Notes under the pieces: model-generated | What the model was told of the DNA's origin: nothing | The model's input: only the letters and a program-made list of their open reading frames with translations | The model's database searches: none | Shown: positions 9,325-17,917 of the stretch, in pieces | Layout: every line of letters begins with the position of its first letter | How positions within the stretch are numbered: position 1 is the stretch's first letter | Position numbers and translations under genes: made by a program | DNA from: a virus | IMG/VR virus record: IMGVR_UViG_3300009506_000022 | Location: 34,007 to 98,006 of that record | DNA length: 64,000 bases | Direction: 5' to 3' (one strand)

Positions 9325-9588
9325 ATGTCTGTTCGAGAAAAAATAAAGCTTATAAAGAGTGTGATTGCATACAAAGAGAAGGCCTTGGATGTAATTCGAG
9401 GTTCCAATCGAGATGGGGACTACACCGTTTTGATGTACGAGATCGGTGGTATGCAGAATGCTTTAGATGCATATGAGAGACATCAAGATGTTGATTCACG
9501 CATCAAGCAATATCTTGGTAGTCGACCGAAGATCCATACACGCGCTTTTGTCATGGGAATGTATTTTGTAGCCAAAGTGATCCAATAA
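9325..9588 (+). CDS. hypothetical protein
   Basis: AAGGGG SD before ATG 9325. Confidence 0.55.
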   Translation: MSVREKIKLIKSVIAYKEKALDVIRGSNRDGDYTVLMYEIGGMQNALDAYERHQDVDSRIKQYLGSRPKIHTRAFVMGMYFVAKVIQ

Positions 9589-9832
9589 GAGAAAAAGTGT
9601 TCTTTTGTGCGCAAGTCGATTTTGCGTAAAGGCACCAAATCTTCGATTTGAGGCTGTCAAAATATCATTGAAACACCGTTCGATAAAAATGATGGAAGAG
9701 AATCTGGTCGTTGGCTTGTTTGTCCTCAGCTTTGTAAAGCGGCGCGCTTCGATTCACTGCGGAGAGATACTGTAGAAAAAAAGTACTGTATTCGCATATC
9801 TCACTTATTTTTTGTGAAACATCATTATTTTG

Positions 9833-9861
9833 TTGAAACACTAATAGTGATGATCCATAAT
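9833..9861 (+). promoter_or_regulatory. putative early sigma70-like promoter
   Basis: TTGAAA-N17-CATAAT, ATG 6 nt after the -10 box. Confidence 0.6.
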
Positions 9862-9867
9862 TTAAAT

Positions 9868-10044
9868 ATGGACAAGGCAACAATAAAAGCGAAACCACCA
9901 CAACCAGCGATTGCAAGGAAGCTCGAGAATCCTCTTCAGAAAATGGGTAGAGAACTCGACACATATCTGAAGGCCGTTCGTGTTTCGGAAAACCTAACTT
10001 TATTGATCAAAGAATCTAATAAAATAAACAAGTTAGCAGCATAA
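9868..10044 (+). CDS. small hypothetical protein (possibly leaderless)
   Basis: ATG coincides with the predicted +1; no SD. Confidence 0.45.
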   Translation: MDKATIKAKPPQPAIARKLENPLQKMGRELDTYLKAVRVSENLTLLIKESNKINKLAA

Positions 10045-10057
10045 CAAAGGGGTAAAA

Positions 10058-10657
10058 ATGAAAACTTTAATCCAAAATAAAATTTTTGAATTGCAAACGT
10101 TGTTAGAGGCTACTCACGAAATCGATTGTGAGAGTTGTCGCTGTTCCGAGTCGTCCTGTACACAATGCGACGATATCGTCAAGACTCTCATGGATGAGAT
10201 AGAGAACCTAAAGAAAAACTTAGCCGAGAGTAATGAACCGCGTGAGTGGTCAATGCGCGATGATGGTGGTTGGCATGGCACGATTGTGGCCGAGTCTGCA
10301 GAGGAGGCGCTGGATGAGGTGGAGTCAGATATGGATATTGATTCTTGGGTGGATGCGGCTGGTAATGTCGAGACAGTGTATGTGACATTGTGGGCAGAAT
10401 GCGAGTTGACTGGCGAAGAAGAAAGCCGTGATGTGGTGTTAGAGCCAGCAGAACCAAGATGTACACATGATGGACATCACTGGGTAGATATTTCAAATGG
10501 ATATGATTTTGTCGATTCATCCGATTATGCCTGTATCCATTGTGGGTGTGCGCGGACAGAAAAACGACATGCAGATTGTAGTGGTATCCTACGAGACTAT
10601 ATTTCGTATGAGCCGAAAAAATACGCTGATTCTCTTGATATTGATGAGTGCGACTGA
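10058..10657 (+). CDS. acidic Cys-rich hypothetical protein
   Basis: GGGGG SD; CxxC clusters; visibly more GC-rich than its neighbours. Confidence 0.7.
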   Translation: MKTLIQNKIFELQTLLEATHEIDCESCRCSESSCTQCDDIVKTLMDEIENLKKNLAESNEPREWSMRDDGGWHGTIVAESAEEALDEVESDMDIDSWVDAAGNVETVYVTLWAECELTGEEESRDVVLEPAEPRCTHDGHHWVDISNGYDFVDSSDYACIHCGCARTEKRHADCSGILRDYISYEPKKYADSLDIDECD

Positions 10658-10661
10658 ACCT

Positions 10662-10703
10662 TAGCTGGGCGTTTCCCTCCTATGGTAGGGGATAGCCCAG
10701 CTA
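10662..10703 (+). repeat. intergenic stem-loop
   Basis: TAGCTGGGC / GCCCAGCTA with an inner imperfect stem. Confidence 0.7.
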
Positions 10704-10740
10704 TGGATTACCGCGATCTCATAATAGAAAGGATTAAAAA

Positions 10741-10941
10741 ATGATTATCTACAAAGGTAAGAGAATGACGAAAGATTCGCAGCATGATGGTGTCCATGGA
10801 AAGGATATCTTGGATGCTATTGAGAAGAATAATGTTGAGTTGCGAGATGGACATTTTGAAGCTGTTGTTCCTCGATTTTGTCAGGATTCAAACTGTGCGT
10901 GGATCCCAACAACGATTCAATTCACTTTTGTTGCAGACTAG
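10741..10941 (+). CDS. hypothetical protein
   Basis: AAGGA SD. Confidence 0.55.
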   Translation: MIIYKGKRMTKDSQHDGVHGKDILDAIEKNNVELRDGHFEAVVPRFCQDSNCAWIPTTIQFTFVAD

Positions 10942-10955
10942 GAAGGTATGGTGGT

Positions 10956-11228
10956 ATGGAAAAGGTTAGTGTCAATAGGGTAGAGAAGATTGAAACGAAG
11001 TTTCAGCTTCGCTTGAATCAAGAAGAACTTTTGTTTTTTCTAAAAGGGGTTGTTCCAAAGGACGCTACGGAAATAAAGGTTTTCGTAAAAGTTCCTGGTG
11101 ACGCAGATTGCTCAAACGTTGAACTCGAGATTGGTGAAGATGTATCTTTGATTGTTGAGTGGAAAGTCAAGTCGATATCGCACAAAAGGGTAGAACTTCG
11201 CATTCCAAAAACAAAAGGGAAGAGATAA
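10956..11228 (+). CDS. hypothetical protein
   Basis: Operon packing; SD-like GGAAGG. Confidence 0.5.
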   Translation: MEKVSVNRVEKIETKFQLRLNQEELLFFLKGVVPKDATEIKVFVKVPGDADCSNVELEIGEDVSLIVEWKVKSISHKRVELRIPKTKGKR

Positions 11229-11230
11229 CC

Positions 11231-11521
11231 ATGTTGTTATCAGGAGAATCGATCAAGTGGATGGCTTTTCAGCTCAAAACCAAAGAAGCCTTTGCTGAAG
11301 CTATGATGAACTGTGTTGTTTGTTCATACAACGATCTTTTGGATCATAGCCATACATGGCGAGTTGAACTTCTTGTTTCTCGTCTTGGCAGAGTGATTCT
11401 AGCGATTTCTATTGTTCCAATGGGAGATGATTTTGAAACGATTTCAAAAGACATGGGAGGGGTTTATGTTCGGAAATATTGGCGTAATGAAAAGAACATT
11501 ATTACTGATTCTCATAACTAG
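11231..11521 (+). CDS. hypothetical protein
   Basis: Operon packing. Confidence 0.5.
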   Translation: MLLSGESIKWMAFQLKTKEAFAEAMMNCVVCSYNDLLDHSHTWRVELLVSRLGRVILAISIVPMGDDFETISKDMGGVYVRKYWRNEKNIITDSHN

Positions 11522-12002
11522 TTTGTGTTGTTGTGGCAGCTACGTTGGTTGGGGAAGCGATTCGGATAATAATCAAAATAGAAAAGATCGAACTGTTTAT
11601 AACGAGTTGTCGGTTGAAGATATCATCGATGTTGTTGATGGTGTGATGTATGACATCGATGATTCATGGCCTGGAAAATGGAGCAATGATTGTTATGAGC
11701 GAATGGGTTGGTTTGAGGTCTTCTTTGTTGATGACACAACGCCATTTTGTTCAGATGACACGCCAGATTGTTTTGGCGTAATAGATACACAAAAGTGGAC
11801 AATTTATGTTCTTGCTGGCGATCGCGATTTGCTCTCTCAATATGAAACTCTTGCCCATGAATACACCCATCATATTGGCAACTGTTTGTATTTGGATGTC
11901 GATAGCGATCACGATAGAGAAGATTACTGGAAAACTCTTGATCCAGAAAACAGCATTGAGGCGAGAATAAACGAAGTTATTTGGCAACTTACACGAAAGT
12001 AG
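11466..12002 (+). CDS. putative lipoprotein zinc metallopeptidase
   Basis: MKRTLLLILITSLCCCGS lipoprotein-like signal; HExxH motif LAHEYTHHIG. Confidence 0.65.
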   Translation: MFGNIGVMKRTLLLILITSLCCCGSYVGWGSDSDNNQNRKDRTVYNELSVEDIIDVVDGVMYDIDDSWPGKWSNDCYERMGWFEVFFVDDTTPFCSDDTPDCFGVIDTQKWTIYVLAGDRDLLSQYETLAHEYTHHIGNCLYLDVDSDHDREDYWKTLDPENSIEARINEVIWQLTRK

Positions 12003-12007
12003 ATGAT

Positions 12008-12721
12008 ATGAAAGTTATAGGATACATAAGAGTTAGCACTGAAGAACAAGCAACTGGCGGAATAAGCTTAGAAGCTCAAGCTGAAAAGATTCGAACATAT
12101 TGTAAACTATATGATCTTGAGCTTATTGCTATAATCGAAGATGCTGGTGAATCAGCAAAAACATTGAAGCGTCCTGGGATGCAATGGGTACTTGATATTC
12201 TAAAAGTCGGGCATTGTTCAAAAGGCATTGTTGAAGGCGTAATTGTTTCTAAACTTGATCGGTTGACTCGCAGCATGAGAGACTTGTCTTATCTGATTGA
12301 GACGTATTTTTCCTCCAGGTTTGATTTGTTTTCTGTATCTGAAAACTTGAATCCAAAAACAGCTGCTGGTCGACTTGTTCTAAACATATTGGCTTCGGTT
12401 GCTCAGTGGGAACGAGAAGTGATTGCAGAAAGAACATCAACTGCCCTTCAGCATCTAAAAGCAAAAGGTCGATATATTGGTGGTCGCGCACCATATGGTT
12501 TCAAACAAGACGGAGAAAACGTTGTTGTGGATTCTCGCGAACAGGACATGATTGTGGTGGCTCATAGTCTAAAAAGTGACGGGTTATCTCTAAGAAAAAT
12601 AGGAAAGGTTCTTTCCGAGATGGATTACCATCCAAGAAGCGGTGGAAAATGGTCTGCGCAGCAAGTAAAAAGCTTGCTTGCTCAAAAAAATAGAAAGGAT
12701 AAACATGAAAAAAGGAGATAA
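12008..12721 (+). CDS. serine recombinase (resolvase family with C-terminal recombinase/HTH domain)
   Basis: GYIRVSTEEQ, DAGESAK...RPG, KLDRLTRS, AQWEREVIAERT, APYGF, G.SLRKIG..L. Confidence 0.92.
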   Translation: MKVIGYIRVSTEEQATGGISLEAQAEKIRTYCKLYDLELIAIIEDAGESAKTLKRPGMQWVLDILKVGHCSKGIVEGVIVSKLDRLTRSMRDLSYLIETYFSSRFDLFSVSENLNPKTAAGRLVLNILASVAQWEREVIAERTSTALQHLKAKGRYIGGRAPYGFKQDGENVVVDSREQDMIVVAHSLKSDGLSLRKIGKVLSEMDYHPRSGGKWSAQQVKSLLAQKNRKDKHEKRR

Positions 12722-13181
12722 AAACAAACCTCGTTCTGGTTACACTTGCAAATTTTGTGGAGAACCAACCGACAAAAAAGGAAGCTTTTGTAAACCAGAA
12801 TGCGAGATTGCTTTCTTGAAAGCCGAACTCGCTAAGAAAAATAGAAGCGATAGCGATCCTTATTGTTTTGGGCGCGTTGAATGGGGAACATGTATCCAAG
12901 AACTCTATTCGACATCTTCTTACGATGCAAAAAAGAGAGCTTCTGATCTTCGTAAGCAAGGGTTTGTTTGTGAGGCAACAAGGATCACAGGTGTTCCTAT
13001 TTTTTCTGTGGAGCACAACAGAGTTGTCAACGAAAACATGACCTTATTGACATGCGTCAATAAAGGGAAGAAGTATGATGAGGTAGCACCGAAGCCAACG
13101 TTTTGGGAAGATGGTCTTGGTTTGGTTGCGAACAAAGGGGTTTTGAGACCAAAAGGGGTTTTGAGACCAGAAGGAGAATAG
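12705..13181 (+). CDS. hypothetical protein with N-terminal Zn ribbon
   Basis: CKFCG...FC...C; AAGGA SD. Confidence 0.6.
   Translation: MKKGDKNKPRSGYTCKFCGEPTDKKGSFCKPECEIAFLKAELAKKNRSDSDPYCFGRVEWGTCIQELYSTSSYDAKKRASDLRKQGFVCEATRITGVPIFSVEHNRVVNENMTLLTCVNKGKKYDEVAPKPTFWEDGLGLVANKGVLRPKGVLRPEGE
13134..13169 (+). repeat. 18-bp tandem duplication (in frame, KGVLRP x2)
   Basis: AAAGGGGTTTTGAGACCA x2. Confidence 0.9.
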
Positions 13182-13184
13182 GGA

Positions 13185-13757
13185 GTGTCAAACATCAAGA
13201 TCGCCACTTTCCTTATTGATTCTCCTTGGCCAGAAGAAGGTGGCGGAAAGATAAAAAGGGGTGCGCCTTATAAAACGATGAAGCCAAGGGATATTTTTCG
13301 TACCATCTGGACATGTCCGATTTTCAACCCAACTGATGACTCTCATCTCTATATGTGTGCTTCGAATAACTATGTTCCGCATGCAATAAGGATGATTTCT
13401 CAGCTTGGATTTGAGTACAAAACAATGTTGACATGGGCGAAAGATCACATGTCTTTAGGGCAATATTTTAGGGGTAGAACTGAACAGATCATTTTTGCTA
13501 CCAGAGGAAAAGGGTTTGCTCTTAGAACGGAAAGACGAGATTTGGATACTTTCATCTTTGCTCCAGTTGAACGATACGAAAGTGGTCCAAACAAAGGCAA
13601 AAAGATTCATTCTAGGAAACCAGAAGCGCTATATGAGAGAATCGAACAACGTTCTTTTGGGCCATATGGCGAGATATTTGCCACACAACATAGAGAGAAA
13701 AAGATAATAGGAAATCGAGAAATTGTATGGACATGTTGGGGTGATCAGTTAGAATGA
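13185..13757 (+). CDS. MT-A70 family adenine methyltransferase
   Basis: IDSPW (DPPW variant), Y.TM, LGFEYKTMLTWAK, LGQYFRGRTE, HSRKPE.LY. Confidence 0.88.
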   Translation: MSNIKIATFLIDSPWPEEGGGKIKRGAPYKTMKPRDIFRTIWTCPIFNPTDDSHLYMCASNNYVPHAIRMISQLGFEYKTMLTWAKDHMSLGQYFRGRTEQIIFATRGKGFALRTERRDLDTFIFAPVERYESGPNKGKKIHSRKPEALYERIEQRSFGPYGEIFATQHREKKIIGNREIVWTCWGDQLE

Positions 13758-13780
13758 ACCTTCATCTACTTGACACCCTT

Positions 13781-13818
13781 GCCGCCACAGTTGACTACCC
13801 CCATCTGTGGCGGTTTTT
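13781..13818 (+). terminator. Rho-independent terminator
   Basis: GCCGCCACAG / CTGTGGCGGT followed by a T-tract. Confidence 0.8.
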
Positions 13819-13820
13819 AT

Positions 13821-13849
13821 TTGAACTCAAAGGTTTGTTGTAATATCCT
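13821..13849 (+). promoter_or_regulatory. putative sigma70-like promoter
   Basis: TTGAAC-N17-TATCCT upstream of the C1 peptidase gene. Confidence 0.5.
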
Positions 13850-13882
13850 TATCTGAACAACACCAGACAAGGAGAAAAGTAG

Positions 13883-14791
13883 ATGTTTTCATCACCGATG
13901 ATTAAATCAGGAAATGGAATCAAAAAGGTTCGAACTGGTTGGAAGCCAGATATTTTTGATCCACGAGATTTTGGCGAGCGTTCGCCACTCATTATTGAGA
14001 CAACAAAAGGACTCAACGTTTTGAGTCTGAGAGCCGAACAGCTTCCGAGAGAAGTTGTTTATTTTGACTATTGTGGTGAGATGGACGATCAAGGTGCGCT
14101 TGGTTCATGTGTGGCCTTTGGAACGTTGAACCATGTTGAATGCATGCAAGCACTTGCAACGGGAAAACATATTCGCGGTTCGCGGCGTGCTTTATACAAG
14201 ATCATGCGAAACCTCATGAAGGTGACGGGTGACACAGGAGCGTGGAACAGATTAGCATTTCAGGCATTGAGACTTTTTGGCCTTCCTCTTGAAGAATATT
14301 GGGAATACGATATCGAGAACTTTGATGATGAAGTTTCCGCTTTTGCTTTGGGGACTGGATTCAAGGCGATAAGCGACTTGAATTATTTCCGGCATGACAC
14401 TATCGATTTACCGCAAGAATGCATTCCAAGTTCGATCAAGAAATGGATGGCTGCTGGAGTGACCTGTGTAGGTGCGTTTTATGGTTGTTCGAATTTCAAT
14501 CGAGGTGGTAGACCTGGAGACATCCCGATGCCTCGCAACAGTGAGCGTCCATCGTGGGGACATTCAGTACATTTCTGTGGTTACAATGACGACTACGAAA
14601 TAGTAGATGTTGATACTGGAGAAAAGACGATAGGCGCCTTTTATCTCGAGAATTCATGGGGGAACGACAACGGAGATGGCGGGTTTTATGCCATTCCGTA
14701 TCAGTACATTATGGCGGGATATGCCCAAGATTTTTGGTCTTTAGTAGATCATAAATGGGTTGATCTCGACGATTTTGGCGCGATTGTTTAG
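13883..14791 (+). CDS. papain-like cysteine peptidase (C1 family)
   Basis: GWKPD..DPRD, DQGALGSCVAF (catalytic Cys), GHSV (His), ENSWG..NGDGGFY. Confidence 0.92.
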   Translation: MFSSPMIKSGNGIKKVRTGWKPDIFDPRDFGERSPLIIETTKGLNVLSLRAEQLPREVVYFDYCGEMDDQGALGSCVAFGTLNHVECMQALATGKHIRGSRRALYKIMRNLMKVTGDTGAWNRLAFQALRLFGLPLEEYWEYDIENFDDEVSAFALGTGFKAISDLNYFRHDTIDLPQECIPSSIKKWMAAGVTCVGAFYGCSNFNRGGRPGDIPMPRNSERPSWGHSVHFCGYNDDYEIVDVDTGEKTIGAFYLENSWGNDNGDGGFYAIPYQYIMAGYAQDFWSLVDHKWVDLDDFGAIV

Positions 14792-14799
14792 TAGATATC

Positions 14800-14875
14800 T
14801 TCAAGTTGAATCAACTTGAACCTTTCAAATCTCTCGACATAACTTGAGGTCAAAGATAGACTTCAAGTTATGTCG
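14800..14875 (+). promoter_or_regulatory. palindromic site plus a hairpin covering the start codon
   Basis: TTCAAGTTGA-A-TCAACTTGAA (14800-14820); CGACATAACTTGAGGTC / GACTTCAAGTTATGTCG (14835-14875) includes ATG 14870. Confidence 0.7.
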
Positions 14876-15478
14876 TTGCAATTAAAGGGTGATGATCTTA
14901 GAACAGCTCTTGGGAAACTAAGGACATGTTTAGTAGAGAATAAAAAAGATAGCGAGATTTGCGAAGAAATCGGTTTGAGGTGGGAGGAACTACTTGAACT
15001 GAAGCGCAAGTTTTATGATGCTGAAGCCGAGATTCTTAGGGGGAGATCCACTGAACACACCTATGTTCGTTATGTATTAGAGCAACGTCGTTGCATGACA
15101 GATCTTGATGTTGCGATCACGAAAGACAATAAAGGGAATTCGAGTTATGTAAGCGCTGTTCGCGCGAAATCCGAGATTCTTGACAAGATTTTGAAGACTG
15201 GTGTCGAACTCGGTTTGATCCAAAGGCTTGCTGATGGTGGCGGTTACGCTGCTGGCGAAGCGATCAAATCGATGAACAACAAGGATTTTCGCGTTTATAT
15301 CCTTCAAGAGATTCAGGTCCTCAATCAGATGATGGTAAAGTTCGGCGATACTACCATTATGGATGTAGAGGTTGGTCCTCTATATGAAACAAAAAAACAG
15401 CCAAAGATGCCAGTAAAAGGACATTCGAGAACGAAAACTTTTGGTGGCAGAAGGGTTTTGAAAGGGAAAAGTTCATGA
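14870..15478 (+). CDS. putative terminase small subunit
   Basis: Position upstream of TerL; N-terminal HTH-like segment (SEICEEIGL); helical core; basic tail. Confidence 0.55.
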   Translation: MSLQLKGDDLRTALGKLRTCLVENKKDSEICEEIGLRWEELLELKRKFYDAEAEILRGRSTEHTYVRYVLEQRRCMTDLDVAITKDNKGNSSYVSAVRAKSEILDKILKTGVELGLIQRLADGGGYAAGEAIKSMNNKDFRVYILQEIQVLNQMMVKFGDTTIMDVEVGPLYETKKQPKMPVKGHSRTKTFGGRRVLKGKSS

Positions 15479-15597
15479 GAATCGATGGTGATTCTCTATT
15501 TATAAACTGTACTCCAGTTTATCGTGAGGTAAACAGGCTGCTGGGTTCTGACGGTTCAGTATGCTGTCAAGAGTACACTTTCTAACAGGAGGAAAGA

Positions 15598-15891
15598 ATG
15601 TCAGATCGAGTTGTGTACGCAGGTTCATTTAAAGGTACGGGTTCATCCCTCAATATTACCACATTAGGATTTCGTCCTCGTGTGTTGAAGTTGATGAATA
15701 TTGATGGTCTTTGTGAACTCAAATGGCAAAAAGGAATGGCAGATGCAAGCGGAGTAAAGACCGTAACAGCTGGAACGATTTCTCATATCACTTCTGGTGG
15801 CATCACACCTCTAAACAACGGATTCACTTTGGGTGCGGATACGGATCTGAATGTGTCTGGTGAAGAGGTGCATTTCGAAGCTCACGACTGA
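15598..15891 (+). CDS. putative virion structural/decoration protein
   Basis: GSFKGTG...LGFRP.VL...GFTLG motif typical of phage fibre/decoration domains; strong SD. Confidence 0.6.
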   Translation: MSDRVVYAGSFKGTGSSLNITTLGFRPRVLKLMNIDGLCELKWQKGMADASGVKTVTAGTISHITSGGITPLNNGFTLGADTDLNVSGEEVHFEAHD

Positions 15892-15968
15892 TAGGCGTAG
15901 GATCATAACAACAAATAGGCTTCCCCTCGGTTTATCCGAGGGGAACTTGTTATGGGGAAGGTGATAAC

Positions 15969-16394
15969 ATGGCAGATTTTAGTCCATATGTACCGTTGAG
16001 TGAGGACAACTTGCTCGAGGATAAATCAATCAATTCAGCTCCTCAGCGTGCACCGATTTTCACTGAGCACCGTTCAGTTTCTGGCGCGATTGATAGTGGC
16101 GACATAACAACTCGTGGTTGGGGAATGGTGATGTCTGAGTTCAAAACAGCTGTGATAAGAGTTGTTCCTGGAACGACTGCGAATATCACAGTTGAAGCTC
16201 GATTTTGGAGTGAGGATGCTGGCAAGTTTATTTCTGCAAATCCAGCGCTTCAACAAGCTGGTGCTGGTGCTGGAATTCCTTTTGATTACACTGTTGAGGT
16301 AAACGGAAAGATTCTTTTTGTTTATGTAACTGGAACAATCGGAAATGGCGCAAAGATTCAGATAGCTGGTGTTGATTTTATTTCAGAACCGTGA
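15969..16394 (+). CDS. hypothetical (beta-rich, probably structural) protein
   Basis: SD AAGGTG; preceded by hairpin TTCCCCTCGG/CCGAGGGGAA. Confidence 0.6.
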   Translation: MADFSPYVPLSEDNLLEDKSINSAPQRAPIFTEHRSVSGAIDSGDITTRGWGMVMSEFKTAVIRVVPGTTANITVEARFWSEDAGKFISANPALQQAGAGAGIPFDYTVEVNGKILFVYVTGTIGNGAKIQIAGVDFISEP

Positions 16395-17908
16395 TGGCAA
16401 AGACTGCGGAAATAGTACCACTCATTAGAGGTGCAGCAAAGAAGCTTGAGAGATTAGAGCGAAGCGAGTTGGTTTCTGTCTATGAACAGTATCGAACAGC
16501 TTCTAATGAGTGGCTTCGCAGGCAGATAGTAGAAAACAATAGAATAGATATATTAGCGACTGTCATCCTTGGATATAAAGTAAAACCGTTTCATTTGGCA
16601 ATGTTGAAATGGCAGTTTCGTTACCCTCAAAATCTTGTTCTATCGTTTCGTGGTTGTGGAAAATCAACGATATGCACAGTTATAAAAGCCATTCATTTGC
16701 ATTGTAAAAATCGTCAGCTTAGGATCTTGATTGTTTCGGAAAGTAAAGCAACAGCATCTGATATTTTGAGGGACATCAAAGGGCATTATGAAAGCAACGA
16801 TAGGTTGGCTGAAGTTTTTGGTTCTTTTTACGATCCAAAAATTGTCTCGAAATGGGATGTTTCAGCAATATCTATTGTCGGATCGCGACTGACACAAAAA
16901 GAGACTAGTATCATGTGTGCTGGTCCAGATACTCGGATCACAGGAAAGCATTTTGATGTTGGTTTGATCGATGATTTGGTTACAGAAGACAATTCGCGTA
17001 CTGAACATATGCGTGTTCGCGTAAAAACTTGGTATTATAAAACATATAGGCCTTTGATTTTGCCGCCAAAAGAAGGTCTTGAACATAGGGGAGAGCAACA
17101 TCATAACGGAACATTTTATCATTGGGATGATCACTATCATCACCTTGAAGCGAATGAACTAAAAGGCAAAGTTCTAAAAATTCCATCGTTAGATGAAAAC
17201 GATAACTCACCTTGGCCTGAAGAGTATTCAACTAAGTTTTTATTAAACCAAAAAGATGAGCTTGGTTCGATTGTTTTTGGTTCTCAATATCAGATGGACA
17301 CAGACGCAATGAAAGGTGAAATCTTTCAGTATGACGATTGCCACCAAATAGATGGAGCGGATTATCCCCCTATTTCTGACATGATCATAACGATGGGATG
17401 CGATCTTTCTGCGGACGAGAAAGAACAAAAACAGAATGCGATGTTTGCCATTGCTGTTATTGGGATAACTGGCAACATAGCAAAAGATGATATTTATATT
17501 TATCTATTAGATTATTATTTGCAGCATTTGAGACCAAGCAAACAACCAGAAAAGGTTATTGAATATTTTGATATATGGAATCCTTTTAGAGTCGGAATCG
17601 AAACAAATCAATATCAAGCTTCTTTGAAAGAGGCTGTAAAGCTGAAACGACCACAGATGAATGTGATAAAAATTCATTCTAAGATAGATAAAATAACTCG
17701 TGCGATAAATGATTCTAGATATTTTGAAAATGGAAGAGCGTTTTTCAAAAAAGGTGTGCACGCAAAGCCGATCGATCATTTAGTGTTGTTTTCTGCAAGA
17801 TCGAAATACAAAGATTTTTTTGATGCTTATGATTTCGCGCTGTACGCGGCAAAGAAAAAGAGAAACAAACAAGGAAAGCAAAAACGAAAAGTTTTTGGTG
17901 TCTTATAG
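16394..17908 (+). CDS. terL: terminase large subunit
   Basis: Walker A FRGCGKST, ITGKHFD..LIDD, GT.YH.DD, FGSQYQ, nuclease GCDLS and C-terminal D.FDA. Confidence 0.92.
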   Translation: MAKTAEIVPLIRGAAKKLERLERSELVSVYEQYRTASNEWLRRQIVENNRIDILATVILGYKVKPFHLAMLKWQFRYPQNLVLSFRGCGKSTICTVIKAIHLHCKNRQLRILIVSESKATASDILRDIKGHYESNDRLAEVFGSFYDPKIVSKWDVSAISIVGSRLTQKETSIMCAGPDTRITGKHFDVGLIDDLVTEDNSRTEHMRVRVKTWYYKTYRPLILPPKEGLEHRGEQHHNGTFYHWDDHYHHLEANELKGKVLKIPSLDENDNSPWPEEYSTKFLLNQKDELGSIVFGSQYQMDTDAMKGEIFQYDDCHQIDGADYPPISDMIITMGCDLSADEKEQKQNAMFAIAVIGITGNIAKDDIYIYLLDYYLQHLRPSKQPEKVIEYFDIWNPFRVGIETNQYQASLKEAVKLKRPQMNVIKIHSKIDKITRAINDSRYFENGRAFFKKGVHAKPIDHLVLFSARSKYKDFFDAYDFALYAAKKKRNKQGKQKRKVFGVL

Positions 17909-17917
17909 GAGGAATCG

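Noticed and set aside
9589-9832. Apparent non-coding gap with a long open frame continuing into the 9814..10044 ORF
   Set aside because: No credible start or SD, no convincing structure or repeat; cannot support a call
12008-12721. Serine recombinase as IS607 transposase or tail-fibre invertase
   Set aside because: No N-terminal MerR-like HTH, no tnpB neighbour, and no inverted cassette or flanking inverted sites seen
13134-13169. GTTTTGAGAC-containing repeat resembling a CRISPR repeat start
   Set aside because: Only two directly abutting 18-bp copies, no spacers, in frame within a CDS
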